Assembly (NCBI GenBank): GCA_964645705.1
Contig: CAZYAB010000001.1
Span: 16,749 to 80,748 of the forward strand
Length of the DNA stretch: 64,000 nt
Reading direction: 5' to 3'
Origin: an uncultured Methanosarcinales archaeon
GTDB taxonomy: Archaea; Nanobdellota; Nanobdellia; Woesearchaeales; CAXGTL01
A model generated the notes under the pieces. It was given only the letters and a program-made list of their open reading frames with translations. It made no database searches and was not told the DNA's origin. The stretch's first letter is position 1; every line of letters starts with the position of its first letter. This document shows positions 45,178 through 55,170 of this stretch, piece after piece. The translations under genes were made by a program, and so were the position numbers.

Positions 45178-46059
45178 TCAAAGTTTATGTTCTATTTTTT
45201 TGTTTTCCAAATATTTTTCCAATACCTTCAAATATTTTTTAGATTGTTCTTCCCAAGTTCCTGAATTTTTTTTATACCATTTATAACAATCATTTGCAAC
45301 TTTATCTGCTATTTTTTTATTTTTCAACAAAAACCTAATTCCTTTTCCTAAATCTTTGGAATAATAAGCAGGATAACCAATATCTTGTGAGTAATTTGGT
45401 TTGATTGCAACAACTGGTTTTTTCATTGCTGCATAATCATACATTTTTATGCTTGAATCCCATGAAATAGGATAAACACATAATTTTGATTTAGCAATCA
45501 TCTCTGGTAATTGTTCAACACGTAATCCAGACATAATTTTTAATTTGATATTATCTCTTTTACATTCCTTAACAAGTTTTGGAAGATTATATATGGGGTG
45601 AACTTGCCCGATATAACAAACATCATATTCAAATTCATTATTCCCAACTTTAATCGGTAGAAAGTTGCTTCCATTGCAAATATAATCATCACAACCATAC
45701 TTTCTAAAATTACAATAACTAGATGAAGTCATATAATCGTGATTATTTCTAAAGAACCAAATTATCCTTTCTAATTTATACAAAGCAAAATGATCAGTTA
45801 AATCATGCACAAAAATACATTTGCCAGAATAGACTATGTGGTGCAAACTAGTTATAATACCAGCAATTTTTCCTATAGAAATAATAATGTCGGGTTTAAA
45901 TTTTGCAAATATATACAAATATTTCCACCAATCTTGTTTATAGATATATTTAACATTGTGGCCTAATGTTTTAAATAAATAAGGTAACCTAGTCCACCTA
46001 TGTTTAGATTTATGTAAATGATAAGGTACAGAATCATGACTTATAATTAATATTTTCAT
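45178..46059 (-). CDS. putative GT-B fold glycosyltransferase (divergent)
   Basis: MKILIISHDS start and a C-terminal region typical of GT4-like enzymes (KLCVYPIS…KPVVA), but no clean E-x7-E. Confidence 0.35.
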   Translation of the reverse strand: MKILIISHDSVPYHLHKSKHRWTRLPYLFKTLGHNVKYIYKQDWWKYLYIFAKFKPDIIISIGKIAGIITSLHHIVYSGKCIFVHDLTDHFALYKLERIIWFFRNNHDYMTSSSYCNFRKYGCDDYICNGSNFLPIKVGNNEFEYDVCYIGQVHPIYNLPKLVKECKRDNIKLKIMSGLRVEQLPEMIAKSKLCVYPISWDSSIKMYDYAAMKKPVVAIKPNYSQDIGYPAYYSKDLGKGIRFLLKNKKIADKVANDCYKWYKKNSGTWEEQSKKYLKVLEKYLENKKIEHKL

Positions 46060-46251
46060 TTTGGATTCAACGATTTCAAATTAGTTTCAAAATGGAAACT
46101 ACAAACAATAGTGAGCATGTTTTCATTTTGCCCCCTATAAACTATAGTTTTTATTATCTCTTTTTAAAAATACAATTATCAAAATTATTATACTGGAACA
46201 AAGCAATATTTTTAAACATATTGGTATTCCTTTATATAGGTGTGATTAACA

Positions 46252-47388
46252 ATGAACAATAATAAAGAAATGAAAAGAAATATACAAAATACAAAAAAAC
46301 CAAGAATCTTGATTATCACACGTTTTTTTCCACAAGATTATAAAGGTGGGGGGGAATATGTTATTTACAATATTTGGAAAAATGCTAGCTTATATTACGA
46401 TGTAAAGCTTGTTTCTGGTTGGGTCAATGATCTTAAATTACTTCCACCAGGAACTCATGCTGTTGACCTAAGATCAAAAAATAGGTTTATTAGGTACTTA
46501 AAACTATATTTTGCAGTAAAGAGATATGCAAATAAGATTAAACCAGACCTAATACACAGCAATGCAATAGAAGTTCCTAAATTAAGATATCCTATGATTG
46601 TTACATCACATCATCTAGGTCATTTGCTAGGTAGATTAAAAGAAAATCCACTCAATCGAATTAGAGCAAAAATACAAAAGATTTTATTAAAAAGAAGATA
46701 TAAACAATTTAAAAAAATACTTGCAGTTAGTAATTCAACAAAAAATGATCTTATAGAGCTTGGTATTAATCCAAAGAAGATAAAAGTAATATACAATGGA
46801 ATTGAAACAAACAAATTCACAACAAAATCAAAAAAAACAAAACAAGAAAAAAACAAGTTTATAATTCTTTATCAATCAAGAATAAGCAAAGAAAAAGGTC
46901 AACATATTGCAATAAAAGCTTTGGCCCACTTACCTAAAGAAATGCTAGATAAAATAAAATTATACTTAGTTGGGTTTATGTCTGATAAAAAATATTTTAA
47001 TTATTTAAAGAATATATCAAAAGGTCTTCCTGTCGAATTTCATATTAATGTTCCAAATAAAGAAGAATATTTTCATAGATGTGATTTATTTGTATTCCCA
47101 ACACTTATGACAGAAGGTTTTGGTTTAGTATCAGCAGAAGCTTTTTGTTGTAATGTACCAGTTATTGCATCAGATTTTCCAGCAATAAGAGAAGTTGTAA
47201 GAGATAATGGAATACTTATTCCGTCGAATAATGCAAAATTATTAGCAGATGCAATAATAAAGCTTTACAAAAATCCAAAATTAAGAAAAAAAATGGGAAT
47301 AAATGGTAGAAAGTTTGTTCTAAATAATTTTACATGGGAAATTGCTTTTAAGAAGTATAAAGAAGTTTATGATTGCATTCTTAAATAA
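46252..47388 (+). CDS. glycosyltransferase family 4
   Basis: EGFGLVSAEAFCCNVPVIASD (E-x7-E GT4 motif). Confidence 0.8.
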   Translation: MNNNKEMKRNIQNTKKPRILIITRFFPQDYKGGGEYVIYNIWKNASLYYDVKLVSGWVNDLKLLPPGTHAVDLRSKNRFIRYLKLYFAVKRYANKIKPDLIHSNAIEVPKLRYPMIVTSHHLGHLLGRLKENPLNRIRAKIQKILLKRRYKQFKKILAVSNSTKNDLIELGINPKKIKVIYNGIETNKFTTKSKKTKQEKNKFIILYQSRISKEKGQHIAIKALAHLPKEMLDKIKLYLVGFMSDKKYFNYLKNISKGLPVEFHINVPNKEEYFHRCDLFVFPTLMTEGFGLVSAEAFCCNVPVIASDFPAIREVVRDNGILIPSNNAKLLADAIIKLYKNPKLRKKMGINGRKFVLNNFTWEIAFKKYKEVYDCILK

Positions 47389-47419
47389 TAATTAAAAAAT
47401 AATTAATGAGTAATAAACT

Positions 47420-48457
47420 TTAAAAAAGTCTGTCTTTCCAAGTTCTAGGAGTTTGATCATTTATGATTTCCAAAGCTAAGTGATATCTAAATGGTCTTAC
47501 TCCTCTATTCCTTATATACCCTATTATTTGCTTTAGACCATCTGTCAAAGAAATTTGAGTGTTGTATCCTAATAATTTCCTTGCCCTATTTGCAGAGCAT
47601 GTTGCGAGTTTTACTTCTTTAGGTCTATCTGCCATGTGAATAGGTTTAACATTGAAATTAAGAATATCACCAATTTTATAAGCAAGCTCATTGATAGTTA
47701 TGAATTCTTCATCAGGACCCACGTTTATAACTTTTCCAACGACATTATCTCTGAACGCTAGTTTTTCCATTGGATTTAGGACATCTTGTACAAATGAAAA
47801 ACATCTTTTCTGTTCACCATCACCATATATTACTGGTTGTCTTTTTTGCATCATTAGATTAGCAAATATGCTCGCAACATTTCTATATGGGTCATCATAT
47901 TTTTGTCTTGGTCCTACTATATTGTGTGGCACAGCTATAACAAACTCCATTCCGTGAGCTTCTGCTAAACATTTTAATAATTGTTCACCGCATACTTTAC
48001 CAATGCCATATGGGTCTTCTGGTTTGGGTTTCATATCTTCTGTAAAAGGCACTTCTTGTGCACCATATCTTGCCATGCTTGAACAGTATACAAATCTTTT
48101 TACGCCTGCATCAATTGCAGCAGTTATAGTAGAGACTGATGCTTGCACAATATTTTCAGTTACAAGATGTGGTGAAAACACAGACAAACCTTCATATGCA
48201 GTTGCAGCACAATGATAAACAATATCGTGCCCTGCAATTTGTTTTTTCATAGTATTTAAAAATTTACAATCTGTTTGAATAAAATCTACTCTATGATTAA
48301 TATTATCTTCATAACCACCAATCATGTTGTCACAACCACTAACCTTATGTCCTTTATCTAGAAATCTATCTGCTAAATGACTACCTAAAAAACCGGCAGC
48401 ACCAGTAATATATATTTTTTTTTTATCTTTAGATCCATCATCAATTTTCATTTTCAA
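47420..48457 (-). CDS. NAD-dependent sugar-nucleotide epimerase/dehydratase (extended SDR)
   Basis: KIYITGAAGFLGSHLADRFL (GxxGxxG) and YGIGKVCGEQ (YxxxK). Confidence 0.7.
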   Translation of the reverse strand: MKMKIDDGSKDKKKIYITGAAGFLGSHLADRFLDKGHKVSGCDNMIGGYEDNINHRVDFIQTDCKFLNTMKKQIAGHDIVYHCAATAYEGLSVFSPHLVTENIVQASVSTITAAIDAGVKRFVYCSSMARYGAQEVPFTEDMKPKPEDPYGIGKVCGEQLLKCLAEAHGMEFVIAVPHNIVGPRQKYDDPYRNVASIFANLMMQKRQPVIYGDGEQKRCFSFVQDVLNPMEKLAFRDNVVGKVINVGPDEEFITINELAYKIGDILNFNVKPIHMADRPKEVKLATCSANRARKLLGYNTQISLTDGLKQIIGYIRNRGVRPFRYHLALEIINDQTPRTWKDRLF

Positions 48458-48630
48458 TCACCTTTCTTTTTTTGATATCAACCCAGGCCTATTTATAAAA
48501 CTTTCTATGTTGTAAAGTATGCCTTTTTGTTATATAATGCTAATTGATCATTATTAATTATTATAAATCAATAATTATATTAGAGTTTAGTTAATTATAT
48601 AAAAGTAATAAAAATCTTAAATTTAAAATC

Positions 48631-49800
48631 TTGTTAATGAATATGAAAAAGCTAAAAATCATTCAAATGACACCATTCTTTTTTCCAGTCCAAGGGGGAA
48701 TGGAGATTCATGTATTTGAAACATCTAAGATGTTGAAAAAATTAGGATATGGTGTAGAAGTATTTTCATCAAATAAATTAAGAAAAGGAAAAATAAAAAA
48801 CAAAACAGATATGTATGATGGAATTCCTGTAAGACGTTTTAATTCATTATTTCATGTAACTAAATTAGCACCAATATGGCCCGGAGTATTGTTCAGAATA
48901 ATGTTTGAGAAATTTGATATCTTGCACATGCATTCATACAGACACCAACATAATCTGTGCGGGCTAATTGCAAAATTAAGAAGAAAAAAAGTAATCCTTA
49001 CACCACATTGGCCAGAATATCCTATGGAATTAAGAAATAAAATTGTGAGGAACATAATACCTCTATTTGATAAAGTGCTTGGCAAACTAATCTTTGCATC
49101 ATGCGACATGATATTTGCAGATACTGGTTCAGAAAAAAAATGGCTAATAAAAAGATTCAATATTAACTCAAATAAAATAAAAGTTATTACACCAGGAATA
49201 TCAAAAACTGAATTTAGAAAAGTAAATTCTGAAAGTTTTAAAAAAAAATATAAAATAGGAAAAAATAAATTAGTGGTATCAGTTGGAAGATTACATAGAA
49301 GCAAAGGGCATGAACAAATAGTAAAAATAGCTAACAAGTTTCCAAACACTAAGTTCGTGTTTGTGGGCAATGACGGCGGTGAAAAAAAGTATTTAGTAAA
49401 ATTAATAAAAAAATTAAATGCAAAAAATGTCATAATAGCAGAAAATGTGCCTGATTCAGAAAGACCAAAAGCATTAAAAGCAGCAGACGTGTTTTGTTCA
49501 GGAACCCAGTATGAGGGTTTTGGTATAATGTTTGCAGAAGCAATGGCACAAGGCACGCCAGTAGTAGCCACTGATGTTGCAGCAGTATCATGGGTAATAA
49601 AAGGCTGCGGTTATACATTTAAGAATCATGATTCAAAAGATTTAGAAAATAAGCTAAGAAATATATTAAACAATCCAAAACTTAAAAAAGAATTAGGAAA
49701 CAATGCTTTAAAAAGAGCAAAACTTTTTACTTTTGACAATATAATAAAAGAATTGAAAAAATCATATAAAGAATTATTGAGGGGCAATAAGCGAGAATGA
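48631..49800 (+). CDS. glycosyltransferase family 4
   Basis: EGFGIMFAEAMAQGTPVVATD (E-x7-E). Confidence 0.8.
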   Translation: MLMNMKKLKIIQMTPFFFPVQGGMEIHVFETSKMLKKLGYGVEVFSSNKLRKGKIKNKTDMYDGIPVRRFNSLFHVTKLAPIWPGVLFRIMFEKFDILHMHSYRHQHNLCGLIAKLRRKKVILTPHWPEYPMELRNKIVRNIIPLFDKVLGKLIFASCDMIFADTGSEKKWLIKRFNINSNKIKVITPGISKTEFRKVNSESFKKKYKIGKNKLVVSVGRLHRSKGHEQIVKIANKFPNTKFVFVGNDGGEKKYLVKLIKKLNAKNVIIAENVPDSERPKALKAADVFCSGTQYEGFGIMFAEAMAQGTPVVATDVAAVSWVIKGCGYTFKNHDSKDLENKLRNILNNPKLKKELGNNALKRAKLFTFDNIIKELKKSYKELLRGNKRE

Positions 49801-50432
49801 AAAAAGGCGTTTATGAAGGAAGAATAAGTGCTGTTGAAGATATGCTTAGAAAAACCAAGCCCGGTTTTGTGCTAGATGTTGGTTGCAGAGCAGGTTTACA
49901 AGATAAATTGTATAAATATATTAAAAAAGTTATAGGATTGGATGTTGATTTAGAAACACTAAAAAAAGCAAAAACCAATTCAACTATTCTTTACAAAGTT
50001 GGTGGCGATGGTTGTAGATTATGTTTTAAAAAAAATAGATTTGATGCAATAATAAACACAGAAGTAATTGAACATGTTCAAGATCCTGTTGCTATGTTAA
50101 AAGAATTTAGTTTTGTTTTGAAAAAGGGTGGTTATCTTATGTTAACAACACCTAATAGGAATAGAATAGCGAATTATATAAGAAAGACAATTGGAAAAGA
50201 ATTTAAATTTCCTTATTATATTCATTCAGGTCCTGGTGGATATCATTTACGAGAATACACAAGGCAAGAATTAACAGATGATTTGAAAAAAGCAGGATTC
50301 AATGTTATAAAATTTTATCCTACTTATTTAGGAATAAGTTTTCATGATAAATTGCCTATAGGCACAAACACATATGCAAAATTGTTTCCTAAGTATCAAG
50401 TTAGTCTAGCTGTATTAGCACAAAAAATATGA
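49797..50432 (+). CDS. class I SAM-dependent methyltransferase
   Basis: VLDVGCRAG (motif I), INTEVIEHVQDP, YLMLTTPN. The start overlaps the upstream GT4 stop (ATGA). Confidence 0.65.
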   Translation: MKKGVYEGRISAVEDMLRKTKPGFVLDVGCRAGLQDKLYKYIKKVIGLDVDLETLKKAKTNSTILYKVGGDGCRLCFKKNRFDAIINTEVIEHVQDPVAMLKEFSFVLKKGGYLMLTTPNRNRIANYIRKTIGKEFKFPYYIHSGPGGYHLREYTRQELTDDLKKAGFNVIKFYPTYLGISFHDKLPIGTNTYAKLFPKYQVSLAVLAQKI

Positions 50433-50447
50433 TTAGGTGAAAAATAT

Positions 50448-51857
50448 ATGACAAAGATACTTTTAATCTATCCAAACATTGTAGAATCCCCTAAAGATAT
50501 ATCATTAGGTTTAGCCACAATATCAGCACTGCTTAAAAAACATAAACATGATGTGCAGCTTCTTGACTCAACGTTCTCGCCAATAACAAAAAATCAAATA
50601 AAACAAAAACTATATTCATTCAGACCAGATTTAGTAGGAATAACAGCTGCAACTAATGATTTTCATTATGCAATACACATTTGTAAACAAATAAAGCACA
50701 TAAATCCTAAAATATCAATCATATGCGGCGGATATCATGCAACTATTGCGCCTGATGATATTATTAAACAGGACTGTTTTGACATGTGTTGTATTGGTGA
50801 AGGTGAATATCCTTTTCTTGAATTAGCTAATAGTATTAGTAGGGGAAAAGTGAATAAAAATATTAAGAATATTTGGTTTAAAGTTGGTAATAGAATAAAA
50901 AAAAATAAACTACGTCCACTAGTAAAAGATCTAGACAAATTACCTTTTCCAGATAGAGTATTATTTGATTTCAGCACATATCTTGATTATAATAAAGGAA
51001 TTGCAACATTTATGGCTTCAAAAGGATGTCCTTTTGCATGTGCACATTGTATTAATAATTTTTTGATTAAAAAGTATAAAGGTTTAGGAAAATATTTAAG
51101 GTTTAGAACAGCTGATTCAATAATTAAAGAGATCAAACAAGTGCTTCAAAAATTTGGTGGAATTATAAAAGAAATAGAATTTTATGATGATACTTTTACT
51201 CTGAATAAACGACTTGTAAAAGAATTTAGTAAAAAATATAAAAATGAAATTGGAATTCCATTTAATATTAATATTAGGGCAGGAAGTGTTACAAAAAAAG
51301 ACCTTATCCATCTAAAGCAAGCTGGTTGTGTTCGCGTTTCTATTGGTTTGGAATCCGGTGACGGATTCATAAGAAATAAAATATTAAAAAGATACCAAAC
51401 AGAAAATCAAATAATAGATACATTTAAATGGGCACGTGAATCCGGATTACAAACATATTCTTTTAATATGGTTGGTATTCCTTATGAAACAAAAGAAACA
51501 ATAAAAAGAACAATAGAGTTGAATAAAAAATGCAAACCCGATTTTGTTGGTGTTTCAATATTCAATGCATATAAAGGAACAGAACTTTATGATTTGTGTG
51601 AAAAGAATGGTTGGTTAATAAAAGACATTGCTGCAAAGTCTTATTTCCAATCAACAAATGTAAAACTGCCAACAGTTTCTATAAAGCAATTAAAAAAAAT
51701 AAGAGATAAATTTGGATTTTTAGTATACAAAGATTCAAGACCACTCAGAGCATATTTAGATTTATTTGACAAAACCTTTATAAAAATACCAGGATATCTG
51801 AAATCAAGATCCTTCATAACAAAATTAGGCATGAAAAAATTATTAAAAAAATTATAA
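50448..51857 (+). CDS. B12-binding domain radical SAM protein (class B radical SAM)
   Basis: N-terminal B12-binding domain (ILLIYPN…VGITAATND…CGGYHAT) and CPFACAHC (CxxxCxxC). Confidence 0.8.
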   Translation: MTKILLIYPNIVESPKDISLGLATISALLKKHKHDVQLLDSTFSPITKNQIKQKLYSFRPDLVGITAATNDFHYAIHICKQIKHINPKISIICGGYHATIAPDDIIKQDCFDMCCIGEGEYPFLELANSISRGKVNKNIKNIWFKVGNRIKKNKLRPLVKDLDKLPFPDRVLFDFSTYLDYNKGIATFMASKGCPFACAHCINNFLIKKYKGLGKYLRFRTADSIIKEIKQVLQKFGGIIKEIEFYDDTFTLNKRLVKEFSKKYKNEIGIPFNINIRAGSVTKKDLIHLKQAGCVRVSIGLESGDGFIRNKILKRYQTENQIIDTFKWARESGLQTYSFNMVGIPYETKETIKRTIELNKKCKPDFVGVSIFNAYKGTELYDLCEKNGWLIKDIAAKSYFQSTNVKLPTVSIKQLKKIRDKFGFLVYKDSRPLRAYLDLFDKTFIKIPGYLKSRSFITKLGMKKLLKKL

Positions 51858-51858
51858 G

Positions 51859-54252
51859 GTGGTAAAAATTCAAGAAAATAATGGAAATATCCAAGAAGAT
51901 AAAAATATAGATACTCAAAAGGAACCAGGTGAGTCTATTGATAAATCTAAAGAATTTGAAAATAAAGTAAAAAAAGAAGAAATAGAACAAAAAATTGAAA
52001 CAACAGACTCAAAACAAAAAAAACTAAAATTTAATTTAAATTCATTTAAAAGAGTAACTATAGCTTGGTTTAAAAATCCTTGGAATTTAGCTTTTTTATT
52101 TTTGCTTATTGTTGTGTTTTTTATTTATTGGAATAATTTATTTGTTGATAGTATTTGGTTAGATGAAACTGCTTATGATTGGGATGCTCAGTTGCTTAAA
52201 CATGATTTATCACATTTTTCAAATATAAAAAATTGGGGCTCTATATTCCCAGTTACTGTTATTTCATTCTTTAATATTTTTACAACAAGCTTTAATGCAG
52301 GAAGGTTAATGGCTTTATTTTTTGGTCTTTTAGGCATAGTATTTACATATTTTGTTGGAAAAGAGATAAAAAATGAATTTGTTGGTTTATCTGCAGCATT
52401 TTTATTAGGGATACATCATTGGTATCGGTTTTTATCAATGAAAGCTTTATTAGATGTCCCATTAGCAACCATGACTATTATTTCTGCCTTTTTTTTAATT
52501 AAATGTTTTAATGATTTTAATTTTAAATGGTTAATCTTATTATTAATTTCAGCAACATTAGCAACTCTTACAAAGTTATCAGGATTTATTATTTGGTTAA
52601 TGATTTTTATTTGTTTAGTGGTATTTTTAATAGTACATAAACTCTCATTAATAAAAAAATATTCAAAAACTAAATATTTGGTTCCTGGTTTAATATTATT
52701 AATCATTTTGACATTTTTAATAATAAAAAGCCCTATAGGGGAATTTGTAATCTTTTCATTTTTAACAAGAGTAACTTTTCAATATGTTATTGCGACATAT
52801 AAAACAATGGGCGGTTTTTTAAGTGGGATTATTGTTTTATTAATGATTATTGGTTCTTTACTAACTTTTTTTTATAATAAGATAGAATATTATGTTTTAT
52901 TTATTATGAGTCATTTATATTTATTTTTATCAGCAATTTCAGGACAAAGTTTGGGTGTTCCTGAATTGAGATATTTGCTCCCTGTTTTGCCTTTCTTTTA
53001 TATTCTTTCAGTTGTATCTCTGGAAGAAATAAAACATTTTATTTTAATTTTTTTTAAAGATAGAAAAATGATAAAAATTTCATTAGTTGTGTTACAAATA
53101 ATAATTTTACTTTTTGTTGCAAACACATATTACAAGACTGGTAGTATGATTCTAGACCAAAAGAATGTTGCATATTCTGGTTATGTTGAAGCTATGGATT
53201 GGGTCAATGAAAATATACCTCCCGGTAATAATAATATCACTGGTTATCATGCTAAGGATTATTCATATGATCCAGATAATTATGTGGATGATCTTTATAT
53301 TAAGAATTATTTTTCATGCTGTAGTTATAATGTTGGTTTAAATAATGATGATATAAGAAGAGTAACAAGTTTTAATAAATTTAAAACAATAGACAATTTT
53401 ACAGACCATATATCTTCTAATAATTTTTCTGTAGTATTTCTTAATCCAGATATGTGGGAACCTGGTCAACCAAAATGGGTTAATATGGGTACATGGCCTT
53501 TTTTGATATTGTTTGACCCAAACACACAGCAAGCAATACAACAAATAGATTATAAACAATTTCCTCAATATAAAGCAATCATTGATTTAGGATTTGAAGA
53601 AGTAAGAGTAATAAAGAGAAAAGCACTTCTTCCTGTTATAGACATAACAAATAATAATTTCCTTGGTCAACAATATATGGATGATGTTCCTGTTAATATC
53701 CTTTTTAAGATGGAAATAGAAAAACAAGAACAAGGTAAAAACATGAAAGAAGAATTAAAAGATGAAATAAAAGAAGAAAATAAAGTAACCAATAAATTAT
53801 CTATAATTGAAACGAACTTAGGAAATATAACAATTGAACTAGCACAAGATAAAGCACCAATAACAACAAAGAATTTTATAAATTTAATAGAAAAAGATTT
53901 TTACAATAATTTAACATTTCATAGAGTTATCAAAGATTTTATGATACAAGGTGGCGATCCTAATGGCGACGGAACTGGTGGTCCTGGTTATACAATAGAA
54001 GATGAATTTCATCCAGATCTTAAGCATGATAAAGGCGTTATATCAATGGCAAATTCAGGGCCAAATACTGGTGGAAGTCAATTTTTTATCACTGTTGTTG
54101 AAACACCTTGGTTAGATAATAAGCACAGTGTATTTGGGAAAGTTGTTGAAGGAATTGGTGTTGTAGAGAATATATCAAAAATTGAAACTGGTGCAAATGA
54201 TAAACCTATTGAAGATGTTGTAATTAAATCAATAAAAATATTAGATAAGTAA
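51859..54252 (+). CDS. fusion protein: GT-C (PMT/ArnT-like) polytopic membrane glycosyltransferase + C-terminal cyclophilin-type peptidyl-prolyl isomerase
   Basis: N-terminal ~550 aa with more than 10 TM helices and SIWLDETAYDWD (first-loop DE motif). C-terminal ~165 aa: FHRVIKDFMIQGGDP…GGPGYTIEDEF…ISMANSGPNTGGSQFFIT…HSVFGKV is a cyclophilin signature. Confidence 0.75.
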   Translation: MVKIQENNGNIQEDKNIDTQKEPGESIDKSKEFENKVKKEEIEQKIETTDSKQKKLKFNLNSFKRVTIAWFKNPWNLAFLFLLIVVFFIYWNNLFVDSIWLDETAYDWDAQLLKHDLSHFSNIKNWGSIFPVTVISFFNIFTTSFNAGRLMALFFGLLGIVFTYFVGKEIKNEFVGLSAAFLLGIHHWYRFLSMKALLDVPLATMTIISAFFLIKCFNDFNFKWLILLLISATLATLTKLSGFIIWLMIFICLVVFLIVHKLSLIKKYSKTKYLVPGLILLIILTFLIIKSPIGEFVIFSFLTRVTFQYVIATYKTMGGFLSGIIVLLMIIGSLLTFFYNKIEYYVLFIMSHLYLFLSAISGQSLGVPELRYLLPVLPFFYILSVVSLEEIKHFILIFFKDRKMIKISLVVLQIIILLFVANTYYKTGSMILDQKNVAYSGYVEAMDWVNENIPPGNNNITGYHAKDYSYDPDNYVDDLYIKNYFSCCSYNVGLNNDDIRRVTSFNKFKTIDNFTDHISSNNFSVVFLNPDMWEPGQPKWVNMGTWPFLILFDPNTQQAIQQIDYKQFPQYKAIIDLGFEEVRVIKRKALLPVIDITNNNFLGQQYMDDVPVNILFKMEIEKQEQGKNMKEELKDEIKEENKVTNKLSIIETNLGNITIELAQDKAPITTKNFINLIEKDFYNNLTFHRVIKDFMIQGGDPNGDGTGGPGYTIEDEFHPDLKHDKGVISMANSGPNTGGSQFFITVVETPWLDNKHSVFGKVVEGIGVVENISKIETGANDKPIEDVVIKSIKILDK

Positions 54253-54264
54253 TTATTAGGTAGA

Positions 54265-55170
54265 ATGGATATGAAAAATAAAATATCAATTTTAATAGCA
54301 GCATACAGAGAACCTAAAACAATTGGAAAAGCTATAGAATCATTTCTTTCTCAGTTAACTAATTTAAAATGGGAAATGTTATTGATTGCGCCTGATAAAG
54401 AAACATTGGAAGTGATGAAATCGTATTCGAAAAAAGACAGGAACATAAAAGTATTCAAAGACCCAAGAAAAGGAAAACCTGTTGCTCTTAATATTCTTTT
54501 TAAAAAAGCAAAAGGGGATATTTTTATTTTAAGTGATGGTGACGTTTATGTTAGTAAAAATGCCATATTTGAATTATTAAAAAAATTAGAAAATCCTAAA
54601 ATAGGGGCAGTCACAGGAAGACCTGTTTCTATTTCACAAAAAAACAAGATGCTTGGTTATTGGTCACATCTTTTGACAGATGTTGGCGCACATAAAACTA
54701 GATTAATAAGAACAAAGCAAGGCAAGTTCATACTTGTATCTGGTTATTTATTTGCAATGCGAAAACTATTCACAAAAATCCCCGAAGATGCACTTAGTGA
54801 TGATGCTGTTATGGCTCATATGGTGTGGCAGAGAGGATACAAAATCGACTATGCACCAAAAGCAAAGGTTTTTGTCAAATATCCAACAACATTTGATGAT
54901 TGGATATTACAAAAAAGGAGATCAACTGGTGGTTACGTACAAATAGAACACTATTTTAAGGATCCTCCAAGAATGAGAACATTTTTCAGGGAATTATTAT
55001 ATGGTAGCATGTGGGTTTGGTTTTATCCAAATAGTATAAGAGAAATATGGTATACATTGATGTTGTTTCCTGCAAAACTTTATCTCTGGTATAAGATCAA
55101 AAAAGAGGTAAAAAAAGATCAAACAAAGACATTGTTAGAAATCTGGAAACCTATTGAGAGCACTAAGTAA
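54265..55170 (+). CDS. glycosyltransferase family 2
   Basis: ISILIAAYREPKTI…LIAPDKE…LSDGDVYV. A QKRRSTGG region sits where QxxRW is expected. Confidence 0.7.
   Translation: MDMKNKISILIAAYREPKTIGKAIESFLSQLTNLKWEMLLIAPDKETLEVMKSYSKKDRNIKVFKDPRKGKPVALNILFKKAKGDIFILSDGDVYVSKNAIFELLKKLENPKIGAVTGRPVSISQKNKMLGYWSHLLTDVGAHKTRLIRTKQGKFILVSGYLFAMRKLFTKIPEDALSDDAVMAHMVWQRGYKIDYAPKAKVFVKYPTTFDDWILQKRRSTGGYVQIEHYFKDPPRMRTFFRELLYGSMWVWFYPNSIREIWYTLMLFPAKLYLWYKIKKEVKKDQTKTLLEIWKPIESTK

Noticed and set aside
48852-49618. Minus-strand ORFs 48852..49571 and 49430..49618 inside the GT4 gene
   Set aside because: The plus-strand gene has a clear GT4 E-x7-E signature across the same span. The antisense products have no motifs.
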